NCBI GenBank assembly: GCA_030324005.1
Contig: JARDVH010000115.1
Location: 27,699,497 to 27,761,556, forward strand
Direction: 5' to 3'
Length of the DNA: 62,060 nt
From: Negaprion brevirostris
Taxonomy: Eukaryota
Under the pieces are notes generated by a model. That model had not been told where the DNA came from and searched no databases. It saw only the letters and a program-made list of their open reading frames with translations. Positions 1 to 10,610 of the stretch are shown piece after piece; position 1 is the stretch's first letter, and the number at the start of each line of letters is the position of its first letter. The translations under genes were made by a program, and so were the position numbers.

Positions 1-645
1 CACAGACCTCTAAAAGTTGCCACTTAAGTGAATAGAGCCGTGAAGAAGGCTGGGTTTTAGCGTTTATTAACAGGGGGTTTTGAGTTTAAGAATTGTGGGG
101 TTATGCTGCAACTATACAGGACCTTGGTGAGACCACATTTGGAATATTGTATGCAGTTCTGGTCGCCTCACTAAGAAGGATGTGGAAGCATTGGAGAGAG
201 TGCAGAGGAGATTTACCAGGATGCTGCCTTGCTTGGAGGGTAGGTATTATGAGGAAAAGTTGAGGGAGCTAGGGCTTTTCTCTTTAGAGCAGAGGATGAT
301 GAGAAGCGACTTAGAGGTTTATAAGATGATAAGGGAGTTTAGATAGAGTGGACGTTCAGAGACTATTTCCTCGGGTGGATGTAGCTGTTACTCAGGGGCA
401 TAACTATAAGGATCATGGTGGGAGATATAGGAGGGATGTCTGAGGTAGATTCTTTACTCAGAGTGGTTGCCGTGTGGAATGCACTGCCTGCTGTGATAGT
501 GGAGTGGGACACACTCAAGCATTTATTGGATAGGCACATGGAACACATCAGAATGATAGGGAGTGGGATAGCTTGATCTTGGGTTTGGACGTAGCTTGGC
601 ACGACATCAAGGGCCAAAGGGCCTGTACTGTGCTGTTCTATGTTA
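1..645 (+). mobile_element. CR1/HER1-type LINE, decayed 3' end of ORF2 plus 3' UTR
   Basis: Encodes [19 protein letters not shown] and LERVQRRFTRMLP-like motifs with stops. Tail reads gggccaaagggcctgtactgtgctgttctatg. Confidence 0.9.
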
Positions 646-2569
646 AAATGGAGCAAGAGTTTATTATCAGTCCTATAAAATTATTCAGCTCGAGTGAAAT
701 TTCACTTTTCATTTTATAAAATGTAACTTTTTATTAGGTATTTTCAAAGAAATATTACAATATTTATAACTGTGCAAAAAGAGAGTTTGCATTTTCTTTA
801 GGCTATAGTTCCTACATTGAGCATTTTAATTGGCTTATTCCAGGCTGCGTTTGTGAAAAGAGAAGCAAAGCTAACATTTCAGGCCAGTGATCTTTCAGGA
901 ATTCTGAAATCTAAAGCTCTCCCTCACTGCTACCTCCCTTAGTATTTCCAATATTTTCTCTCTTTAATAACACAATTTGTTGATCTGAAGAAAATGGCCA
1001 CTTTGCATCTCAAATTTGGTACTTTAATTGTGTACGCAGAAGTCAAGGCTGTAATTTTCAAAACCATGTTGCACCAGGTAAGATCCAGATAAGGAATAAA
1101 CATTTTTAAAAATCTCAAGATAGACTCTCACCATTGTCAGGGCTAATGACGGTTATCCTGCAAATCCCTCCCAACTTACCTGGTAAATAAAGCAAATGGA
1201 AAGCACCAAGACCTGCACTAATCGAAAAAGAACAGTGAACTTTGAGGAAGTTAATTATAAAATCATAAATAAACCAAAGCATGACAACCATTGAAGGTAA
1301 GCTTGGTGCAGTACAAATCATTAAAAACTACATCACCAGTTGTAAAAAAAGTGTCTGGGAAGATTGATATTTTATAATTTACACTCAATAAGAATTTCCA
1401 ATAATCTTGACAGGGAAAAATCAGTCCATTGTTATAGCAATCTAATGTCAACAGGGTTCAAATTGCAGAGACCAAAGCTCGAAGTCACAGAGGTTGAAGC
1501 ACACTTAAAAACAAGTTCAGCCATAACCATCTGTAAACTGAACTACATATTTAATATATAAATAAAACAAAAGGAATGGGTGGACAGCCAGAGGACACAT
1601 ATTTAAGATAAATAAAGAACTAGAGGTAGCAATTTGTGATCAGCAGTTTTGGCAGCAATTGTCAAATTAGAGCAGTGTCACAGTTTTTGGATATTTTTAA
1701 AATACAAAGATAAATGTAGTTAAGTTTACAAAACTGGAGTCTTAAGTGTTTTCTTCCCTGTTGTATATGGTCTTAAACCTTCAGCTTTTTATTTGGATAA
1801 TGTGTAATTATCAGTTATATATTTCAAAATAATATTGAATGTGTGATCATTTCTGCTTCAAAATAGGATAAAAGTGAAATTTTGCTTCTGTTCAACTGTT
1901 CTCAAGTTCCTGTGTACAGATAGATGAATTATTTTATCTTGTTTCTTCCTGTGGGTAGCAAGTTGATTCAAGTGATGCAATGATAAGTAGAAAAAAACTG
2001 ACAGAACTTCATTCTCAGAATTAAACTCTGTCCAATTATCAGACTTCATTTCCCATTTGCATTTCATAATAATTGGTCTCAAAGATTTTGCTGAATATAA
2101 CAAGTCAAATTTTGACTTGATAGTTAATAAATATTAGTTGTATTGAAATCTGATTAGCAAGCTCTGTTTTATTTAACATGCACCAAAATAAGACTGATAA
2201 TGCATTTTGAGACTGTTTAAATTTAATGTGCAGATACTTGCAACTAGCAAAAAAATTCTCTGTACATACCTTTGCAAGGGCAAATTGTCAAATAAGGCAG
2301 CTTCTGGATTGCAGTGAACAAAATTTAAGAATCACTGCTATTAACATTTGAGATAGGTAGTCTTCTGTAAAATGCTGAACTCTCAATAAACAAAACAATG
2401 AGCAATAAAGTGTAGATAAGGGCTAGGTGTGCAGCGCTTCTATAATATTCTGTTTAGAAAATTGCTGTCAGGAGAGTATATTCAAAACACAGACTAGAGA
2501 ATAATGCAACAATGGCCCACCCTACGAGCTAGCTAAACCATCATTGGTGGTCCATGATGACATTACACA

Positions 2570-2920
2570 GGATCACAGAATGGTTACAGGAGGTGGTCAT
2601 TCGGCCCACCATGTCTGCGTCAGCTCTCTGAAGGAGCAATTCAGTTAGTGCCACTCCACTAACTTATCCTTGCAGGCATGGTCATTCTTTTTCATATAAT
2701 CAGTTCCTTCTCAAATGCCTTGGCTCCATCACATTCTCAAGCAGTGCATCCCAGAAACAAACTACTCACTTTGTCAAAGATTCTCCTTGTGTCATCACTG
2801 ATTCTTTTGCCAATTAATTCTAAATTTGTGCCTTTTGATTCTCAATCCTTCCAATGAGAACCGTTCCTCCCTATCTACTGTCAAGACAGATGAATTTGAA
2901 TACTCTTATCAAATCTTCAT
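2570..2920 (-). mobile_element. CR1/HER1 LINE 3' fragment
   Basis: Starts atcacagaatggttacag...cattcggccc, the reverse complement of the CR1 tail. Similar to 19340-19690. Confidence 0.7.
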
Positions 2921-5244
2921 GCTGAAGGTCTCACATCTGTGCAAATAATAATCAGTTTCTCTAACTGCACAGCAGTTTGAGAGTGTTAAATCAAGAACAA
3001 CAGATGTACTCAGCAAAGCTCAATGTTATTCAGGTGACTGGGCACGCCAAGTGTACATCTAGGTCATTTTCCACAAGAAATATTTGGACATGAATCTTGC
3101 ACAGCTTCTAATATTCACTGAACAGACCATCAGTTTGTTAAAAATCTTTAAATCTCGTTAGCTATTCTTTGAATGTCTTGTGTCATGGGAAGAAATATAT
3201 GAAGGCAGATAGAGGAAAGCTATACAGGAATAAGAAAGAAATTAATACTAGGATTACCTAAACCAAGATAAAAGAAGTGATTCAAACTCCATACTAATCT
3301 GTGGAAATCTGTAAGCTCAAATTCTGTATTCATAGCTTGATTGAGCTGCCACAATAATCTGTAGGCCTTATTTTGTGGACGTCACTCAAGCACCAGACTG
3401 TTTACAGCTGTTACGATCAAGAGTTACCATATAACAAAAGTTGCTTATCTGAAGATAAAAGAATTTAAGGGAAAAGGCACGGATGTGGAACAACTGAGTT
3501 CCTCTTGCAAAGCGCCGACACAAACATGACAGGCTGAATGTGATTGTAACCATTCTGTGATTCCAAGGATTGTGGTGTATGAGAAATCTAAATTAAATTT
3601 TGAATGCAGTTCTGCTGCTGGATGTGAAGGTCTTCCTGTTGTTTCTATGTACGGAAGTGAGGGGCTGCCTCAAAAATTTGAGGCTGGGGGCAGGGATTGG
3701 GCGGAGAAGAACTGACCTAAAACAAAGCTATAAAAAGTGAGTTTCCTTGACTGTAAATTTTCTCCCCTATAGGATTCAAGTAGTACCTATTTTTAGGGAA
3801 ACTCTGAAGAACTTGCAAGGAATGAGAAAGAACAACAGTAAGTAATTTGATACACACACACACAATGATTTTAATTAGCAAATTCTGATTTTTTTTCCTC
3901 CTATGAAAACAATTACAATTTTGTTAAATATTGTATTGTCTTTCACCACCACCCCACCCCCCCCAAGTCCTTCAGCAGACGAAGCTAACTTTGCACAGCT
4001 CAACAACCACAAGAGAATATCTGATGCAAGGGACACAAAAGGTAGCATACTAACAATTCCTCACTAACTACAAATTCAACAACAATATGCAAGAAATAAA
4101 GAGAATCAGTTGGAGATCTACAGGATGAAATCAATGTAGGTTACCAGCCACACTGGTCTGTGGGCTGAGATATTACTAATTTGAGGCACACAACACTCAA
4201 GTGCTGTGCTGCATGCTAATGAGGACTGCTGTAAAAATTGCCAACATCTTACTTAAATAGATATGAATGTACAAAATAACTAATTAAAAGTCATATATAG
4301 CAGTAATTTCAAATGAGAAGCTTTAAATTAATTTTGATATTTAAAAGGGATAGATTCAGAATTTGAAACAAACTGCAACAAAAAATTTAAACTCTAATGC
4401 TAATGTTCAGCAGCAAAGTACAAGACACTGTTTTCATATTTTTATTCTGCATGTCGAGTTTTCAAAGCCTGGCTGTTGGAAGAAGCCATACTCTTTTTAT
4501 GAAAGGGTTACCGCAGACCTTTATTGACAGCTAATTGCATATGTTCAAGCTTAAGTATGCGCCTCAAACTAAATGCATTTAACACTTCTATTTTTATCAA
4601 ACTAGTCAATTAATACAATAATTTGTTGATTTTCACGGGTGCAAAGTTAGGACACTATAAATGGAACTGTGAAAACCAAAGGTAGAAATCAGTGAGGTCA
4701 TGATTTTCATATTCAATAGAAAAACAATGGCATGACCTCAAAAATGTCTAGTCAGTTCTCATCACCGGAGACTTTAAAGTACATGTTAAATGGTCTACCA
4801 AGTGAAAAAAAACTGTCAAATAGTATGCAGAGTATCATTTATTCAAGCTTTATCTGTCTTTTACATTCTTCCAAGAAATCAGCATTAATCTGTACAGCAA
4901 ATTTATAATGTAGCATAACTCAACCCACAGTAATTCTGGGCTAGACTGCATGACAACTATAAAGTGTTTGGCACATCCTAAATTCTTTTACACTGATGAG
5001 GGTTATTATAACCTTGCAATTCTAACCCACAAGAAGTTGCCCCAACCAATTCCTCAATGCAACTGTTCCTAATCGGCATCTAATAAGGCCAGGTGTTAGT
5101 TTTTGGACCTTGGAGATGCATCAGCCACTGAAATACAAAGCTCAGAAACTTAAAAAAAAATGCATTGCTCATGAGAACTCTACAGCTGAGATAACCTTAA
5201 TTTTTCATACAAAGATTATCTCTTGTACCAAACAGTTAATGCAA

Positions 5245-6118
5245 AGGATTAATTACAGTCAAATTTATTTTTTTACAAGTGAAAATAAATGAACAGAAAA
5301 ACTATATTCAAGATTTTATGTATATTTTCTGAATTAGAAGCCACTTTCATTAGAGGATTAAAATTCGACTAGTGTAAATGATTATTGCTCCGTGACAAAC
5401 AGTATTTATACATATAGTACACAGTTGGTTTAATTTGAAACAATATTAAAATATGCTTAATAGAGAAGAAACATCTTCGTCTACAAAATACTTCTTCTGG
5501 GAGTTCTTGCACATCCCATTTAAGTCATTCTCTACTTGCATTAAACTATTAAGTGCAACTCTTTCTTAATACAAATCTATGATTGCAACATCCACCTCCT
5601 GAATCTCAAATTCAGGCCAGAAAGTAATGACTTAATTTCACCAAGTGCATTCCAGCTGCCTTTCAACCAGTTTCAATTTATAAATGAAAAACACAAAACA
5701 AAAATCAGTGCAAAATACACAGATATTAATCTGCAGGACTATTTAATGTACTGCAAATACTTTTTTGTTTCAGTAATTTTCTTCATTATACATATGATCA
5801 AAATACACAAACAAAATTGAAAAGTTATGATTGATAAAATGGTTTTTGGTTTTTTTTTACTGCTAATGCTGAAGAAATAAATTAGGATTCATGGAGTTAG
5901 CAGCCTTCTGATTTTACTTGAATAGATAAGCCCATGTCAAGAACTTACACTCAACATTGTTCCTCCAGTGTTAGTTCTACACAATACACAGCAGAATCCC
6001 GAACAAAAACACCACTATAATAAAACTGCNNNNNNNNNNTGTGGCTGAAGACCAGCTCCTGGCTCCAATGTCATTACTTCTTATCCTGTGACGAGGTTTG
6101 CTAGCAGTAGTGCGATGG
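5245..6118 (-). other. WDR20: Probable 3' UTR of the long WDR20 isoform (may extend to about 4430)
   Basis: AT-rich, TE-free sequence after the TAG. Minus-strand AATAAA occurs at 5264-5269, 4838-4843, 4520-4525 and 4441-4446. Confidence 0.55.
5264..5269 (-). terminator. Candidate poly(A) signal AATAAA (long isoform)
   Basis: Context ttgtaaaaaaATAAAtttgactgt has an upstream UGUA. Confidence 0.5.
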
Positions 6119-6172
6119 CTATACTACAGTCCCACTCGGCGAATTGGCTTGGTTTTGGGACGACAATAAGCC
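6119..6172 (-). CDS. WDR20: WDR20 distal terminal coding exon (GLLSSQNQANSPSGTVV*)
   Basis: Acceptor tgctgtgtttgcag|GGC, 17 codons plus TAG, phase 0. It resembles the recalled ...SP(S/G)GTVV C-terminus of the WDR20 long isoform and DMWD. Confidence 0.92.
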   Translation of the reverse strand, partial: GLLSSQNQANSPSGTVV

Positions 6173-6799
6173 CTGCAAACACAGCATTTCAAATTGTTAT
6201 ACCTTTTGTTATTTGGACTAAGTATTAGTTAATTTATTATTTATGACCCAATAAATGTTTCAGGTTTTTCTGTTGATCCGTCATAAAGTATAGGTAAATT
6301 GGGAACCTTTTCAAAAGCAAGGAAATGTTGATAAATGCTTTCAGTAAATTACTTTGAATTCAAAATGAGATGAAATCTAAACTCATTCAATAGGTGCAGC
6401 GCCAACAGAAAGGGCCAAAATATTAATATAGAAATTACTGAACCTCTATTTTACAGATGACGCCAAATGAAATCAGATGGCTCAAGTATTTAGCACATAA
6501 AAGTAGATAATTGGAAAACATTTTATTCCAGGATGACAAACTATTATGACAAACACAAAGCAGTTTGGAAAAGAAATACATTGCCTGGCTTAGTCATACA
6601 AAAAAGGCAAGCTCAAATTTTATATTTTCCAATTAGTTTACAAATACAAAAACGGATGTTTAAGTGGTATATTTCCAAAATGAATTAAAAGTGTTTGGCA
6701 ATATTTACACCCTCTATACAGCCAAGTTACAAAGATTGTTCATTTCACTTAATGACTTCTAATACTGAAGCCTCAAAAGGGCACAAAAATCGACACCAT

Positions 6800-9700
6800 T
6801 ATTTTGTGTGTGGTGTAAAAGAGATACGCATGTCCAAGAGAGATGTGTATAGTGTGTGGAAGAGAGAAAGATGGGGCATGAGTGAGAAGGGGCGAGAGCG
6901 AGAAGGGTTGAGACTGGGTTGCTGGGCACTGACATGCCAGATAGAGGGCACTCGAGATTGAGAGGGTGAGAGATAGTGAGTACTAGTGTGCGTGTATGTT
7001 AGTGAGCATCTGTGCAAGAGAGGAGCATGCATGAGAGAGAGAGAGAGAAGGGAGGGTGCAAGAGAGAGGGGAAGATTCATGAAAGAGGCACCTGGGCACT
7101 GAGATGTGCATGTTAGAGGACACTGACACGAGAGTGAGTTAGAGGGCACATGCACAGGAGAGAGTGAGGGGGTGTAAGAGAGGTAGTTGGCACTGGTGCA
7201 GGTGCAGTAGAGTGTGTGATTTAGTGGGGACAAGAGAAAAATAGAGGGCACTCTGTGCAAGAAAGCTCACGCGGGCTAGAGAGCACTAAGGCAAGTGTGA
7301 GCACGGGCTCAAGGGCACTGTTGCACGAGAGGACGAGTTAGAGGACACTGGCGCAAGACAGAGTGAGGTAGAAGGTGCACATGTGTGAGAGAGCACGAGC
7401 ATGAGCTAAAGGGCGCTTGCACGAAAGCGAGCGAACTAGAGGTTATTTGAGTTCACATGCAAGCAAAAGGGTGCTTGTTTATGCATGAGAGTGTGTGCAA
7501 GCTAAGGGTGTTCACATGCATGAGACAGACAGTGAGCGAGCTAGAATGCACATGCATGGCTGCACATGCTACAGGGCGTGAGCTATAACGTGCTGGTGTG
7601 AGAAAGGGCTACAGGGTATGTGCAAGAGAGAGCAAACTAACGGGCCTACACAAGAGAATGAGCTCGAGGGTGCTTTGTGTGCATGTGAGCGAACAAGCAA
7701 AAATGCATTCACACAAAAGAGTGAACAAGCAATGAGCTACAGCATGAAAAGAGCGATCAAGTGAGCTTGAGGCGACTTACCCCTAAGAGACCGAGAGCAT
7801 GAGCACACACCTGAGGGAGAGTAAGCTGGAGCTAGCGTATGTTTGAGAGAGATAGCAAGCTGCACAAAAGTGAGTGCACTACAGGACATGATCTAACAAG
7901 CTTGAGGGCACTTGAATGAACGCAAGAGAGAATTAGGGAGTGTTTGAGTGATGCTTGCATGCTATGAGAGAGAACAAATGAGCTAGAGGGGCCTGTGCAT
8001 CAGAGAGAGAGAGAGACAGACAGACAGACAGCCAGCCAGCAAGCAAGCCAGAGGAGACATGAGAAGACAAGCATGNNNNNNNNNNNNNNNNNNNNNNNNN
8101 NNNNNNNNNNNNNNNNNNNNNNNNNNNNNNNNNNNNNNNNNNNNNNNNNNNNNNNNNNNNNNNNNNNNNNNNNNNNNNNNNNNNNNNNNNNNNNNNNNNN
8201 NNNNNNNNNNNNNNNNNNNNNNNNNNNNNNNNNNNNNNNNNNNNNNNNNNNNNNNNNNNNNNNNNNNNNNNNNNNNNNNNNNNNNNNNNNNNNNNNNNNN
8301 NNNNNNNNNNNNNNNNNNNNNNNNNNNNNNNNNNNNNNNNNNNNNNNNNNNNNNNNNNNNNNNNNNNNNNNNNNNNNNNNNNNNNNNNNNNNNNNNNNNN
8401 NNNNNNNNNNNNNNNNNNNNNNNNNNNNNNNNNNNNNNNNNNNNNNNNNNNNNNNNNNNNNNNNNNNNNNNNNNNNNNNNNNNNNNNNNNNNNNNNNNNN
8501 NNNNNNNNNNNNNNNNNNNNNNNNNNNNNNNNNNNNNNNNNNNNNNNNNNNNNNNNNNNNNNNNNNNNNNNNNNNNNNNNNNNNNNNNNNNNNNNNNNNN
8601 NNNNNNNNNNNNNNNNNNNNNNNNNNNNNNNNNNNNNNNNNNNNNNNNNNNNNNNNNNNNNNNNNNNNNNNNNNNNNNNNNNNNNNNNNNNNNNNNNNNN
8701 NNNNNNNNNNNNNNNNNNNNNNNNNNNNNNNCACGCAATTGTCAAGAGTATGCTCAGGAAGGGAGTGCGCGACCATGTGGGCACTTGCACGCTACAAAGC
8801 ACTTGTCCAGGAAAATGTGAAAGCCAGAGGGCACCAATGAGACAGACAGAGAGAGTGAGTGTGAGTGAGCCAAAAAGCGTGCCCTCACTTATATGCAAGG
8901 CAGAGGATGATGGCGCAAGAGAGAACAAGCCAGCCAGAGGGGCTTGCAAGAGGGAGAGAGATAAGCCATCCAGAGGCTGCTCACGCACAAAGGAGAGCCA
9001 GGGGGCACTTGTGCGCAATAGAGAGTCAGAGTGCACTTACGTGCGCATGAGAGCGCGCAAACCAGAGGGTGCTCACAAGAGGGACAGGAAGCAAGCTTGG
9101 GGCACTCACATGCATATGACAGCATGCCAGCCAGAGGGTGCTTGCAGGAGAGAAAGGGAGGGGGTGGACGGCGGGGGACATGTGAGTGAAACAAAGGGGG
9201 AGTAGGGTACGCGCGAAGGCGAAACAAGGGATGGCTTACATGAGATAAAAATAAAGTGAAAGACAGTGTATGTGTATACCTGCATGTGTGAGGGATACAT
9301 GCAAGTATCCCTGAGAAACAAGGGTGCAGGTACATGTAGAAATACAGGTGTGTGCATGAGGACATCAGGCCTGAATGTGCACAGTATGAGAAAGAGGTGT
9401 ATGTGTGCACACACATTGAGAGACAGCATGTGTGTGGGTGCACACATAAGATGCATGAGAGGGTGTTGTGCACGTGTGAGGGGAAAAGTGTGAAGGTAAG
9501 TGAGAGAGGGTTTGTGTGCCTAAGTGTGTCATTGCAAGCATGATGGTGCCTGTGTGTGCACGCGAGAGGGTGTGTGCTCGCACATCTATGTGCATGAGTG
9601 AGCATGAGGGGCTGTGAGAGTGTGTGTCTCTGTATTTGAGTGTGAGTGGATGTAAGTATGTCTGCACATGTGCACGTTCCTGTGACAGCAAGGGTGTCAG

Positions 9701-9930
9701 TGTGTATGTGGGTGAGATTCTGTGTGCACGTATGTTGGGTCTGTGCGCACAGTGTTGTTGGGGTTGTGTGCTGTGCACATGTTGGGATCCTATGTGTTTG
9801 GCATGTGCAGGGTGCATGTGTTGTGTGCCGGGTCTCAGCACACACGCTGGTTATGTGCATGCATGCAAGAGGTTGCAAGCAAGGTCACGAGTGAGGGGGG
9901 CCAAGGGTGGTTGAGAGGTCAGGTCAGTGT
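6800..9930. repeat. Degenerate (GA)/(GT)-rich low-complexity or satellite-like tract containing a 656-N gap
   Basis: Recurring agagggcac, gagctag, gcatg and tgtgtgc motifs. It generates the many spurious ORFs between 6695 and 10075. Confidence 0.8.
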
Positions 9931-9949
9931 GTGGTGTGCAACAGATAGC

Positions 9950-10610
9950 GAACAGGGTTTTCCAACCTCGTTTTCAGGAATGGCAGAGGGGACTGAGAAT
10001 CAAGCAGGAGCTCCAAAACAGCTTTTATGTCAGCAGGATTTCCCCACTAGATTGTCACTGCCCTCCCATCAATGATGTAAAGGTAGTCCCAACTTTAAAG
10101 TTGGATCCCCATTTACATCAATGTGAATCGCACTGTGTGGATTTTACACCTGATAGTTCTCCATGTTAAATTACCTAATGAATCACGACTGGTTCCCCAT
10201 GACTGCAGCTGCTGAACAGGACTCACCAGAGGTGCACATGCTAGACAGTGAAAGTGTGCATGCATGCTGTGTAGGCAGGAGGTGCGAGGGCAGGAGGGGG
10301 AATGAGCAGGGTTGGGGGGTGACCACTTGAGAAACAGTGTTCATGTATCGTGTGTGTTTGAGAGACAGAGGCTNNNNNNNNNNACAGAGGCTGGGATTTT
10401 CAGGCCCCATGTGGACTTGCTGTGGGATTTTTGGTGGCAGAGGTCCATTGACTTTCAGTGGGTCTGGACAATCCTGATTGCGGACCAGAGTGCATGAGCT
10501 AGTGCGTGAGACAGAGTTGGTAGCAGGCAGGCTTACAGTGTATTGGTAGTGCACAGTAGAAAATATGAATGACTTTTCACCAAAATTTATACTGTATCCC
10601 CAGACAATTA
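9950..10610. mobile_element. MITE-like non-autonomous repeat remnants
   Basis: 9953-10090 resembles the reverse complement of 44330-44460 (shared acagc(c/t)ttta and gattgtc). A ggctgggattttc terminal-like motif is at 10389. Confidence 0.4.

Noticed and set aside
3610-3837. Two plus-strand exon-like segments, considered as 3' exons of MOK (the tail-to-tail neighbour of WDR20 in human, recalled)
   Set aside because: The implied intron is only 36 nt and no MOK-like peptide was recognised.
10089-10104. 16-bp perfect palindrome ccaactttaaagttgg
   Set aside because: It lies within a MITE-like remnant, with no independent evidence of function.
6695-10169. Long ORFs (e.g. 8889-9878, 329 aa; 7933-9036)
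   Set aside because: They are His/Thr/Cys/Leu/Ser-biased translations of CA/GA low-complexity DNA or N runs, with no domain or splice support.
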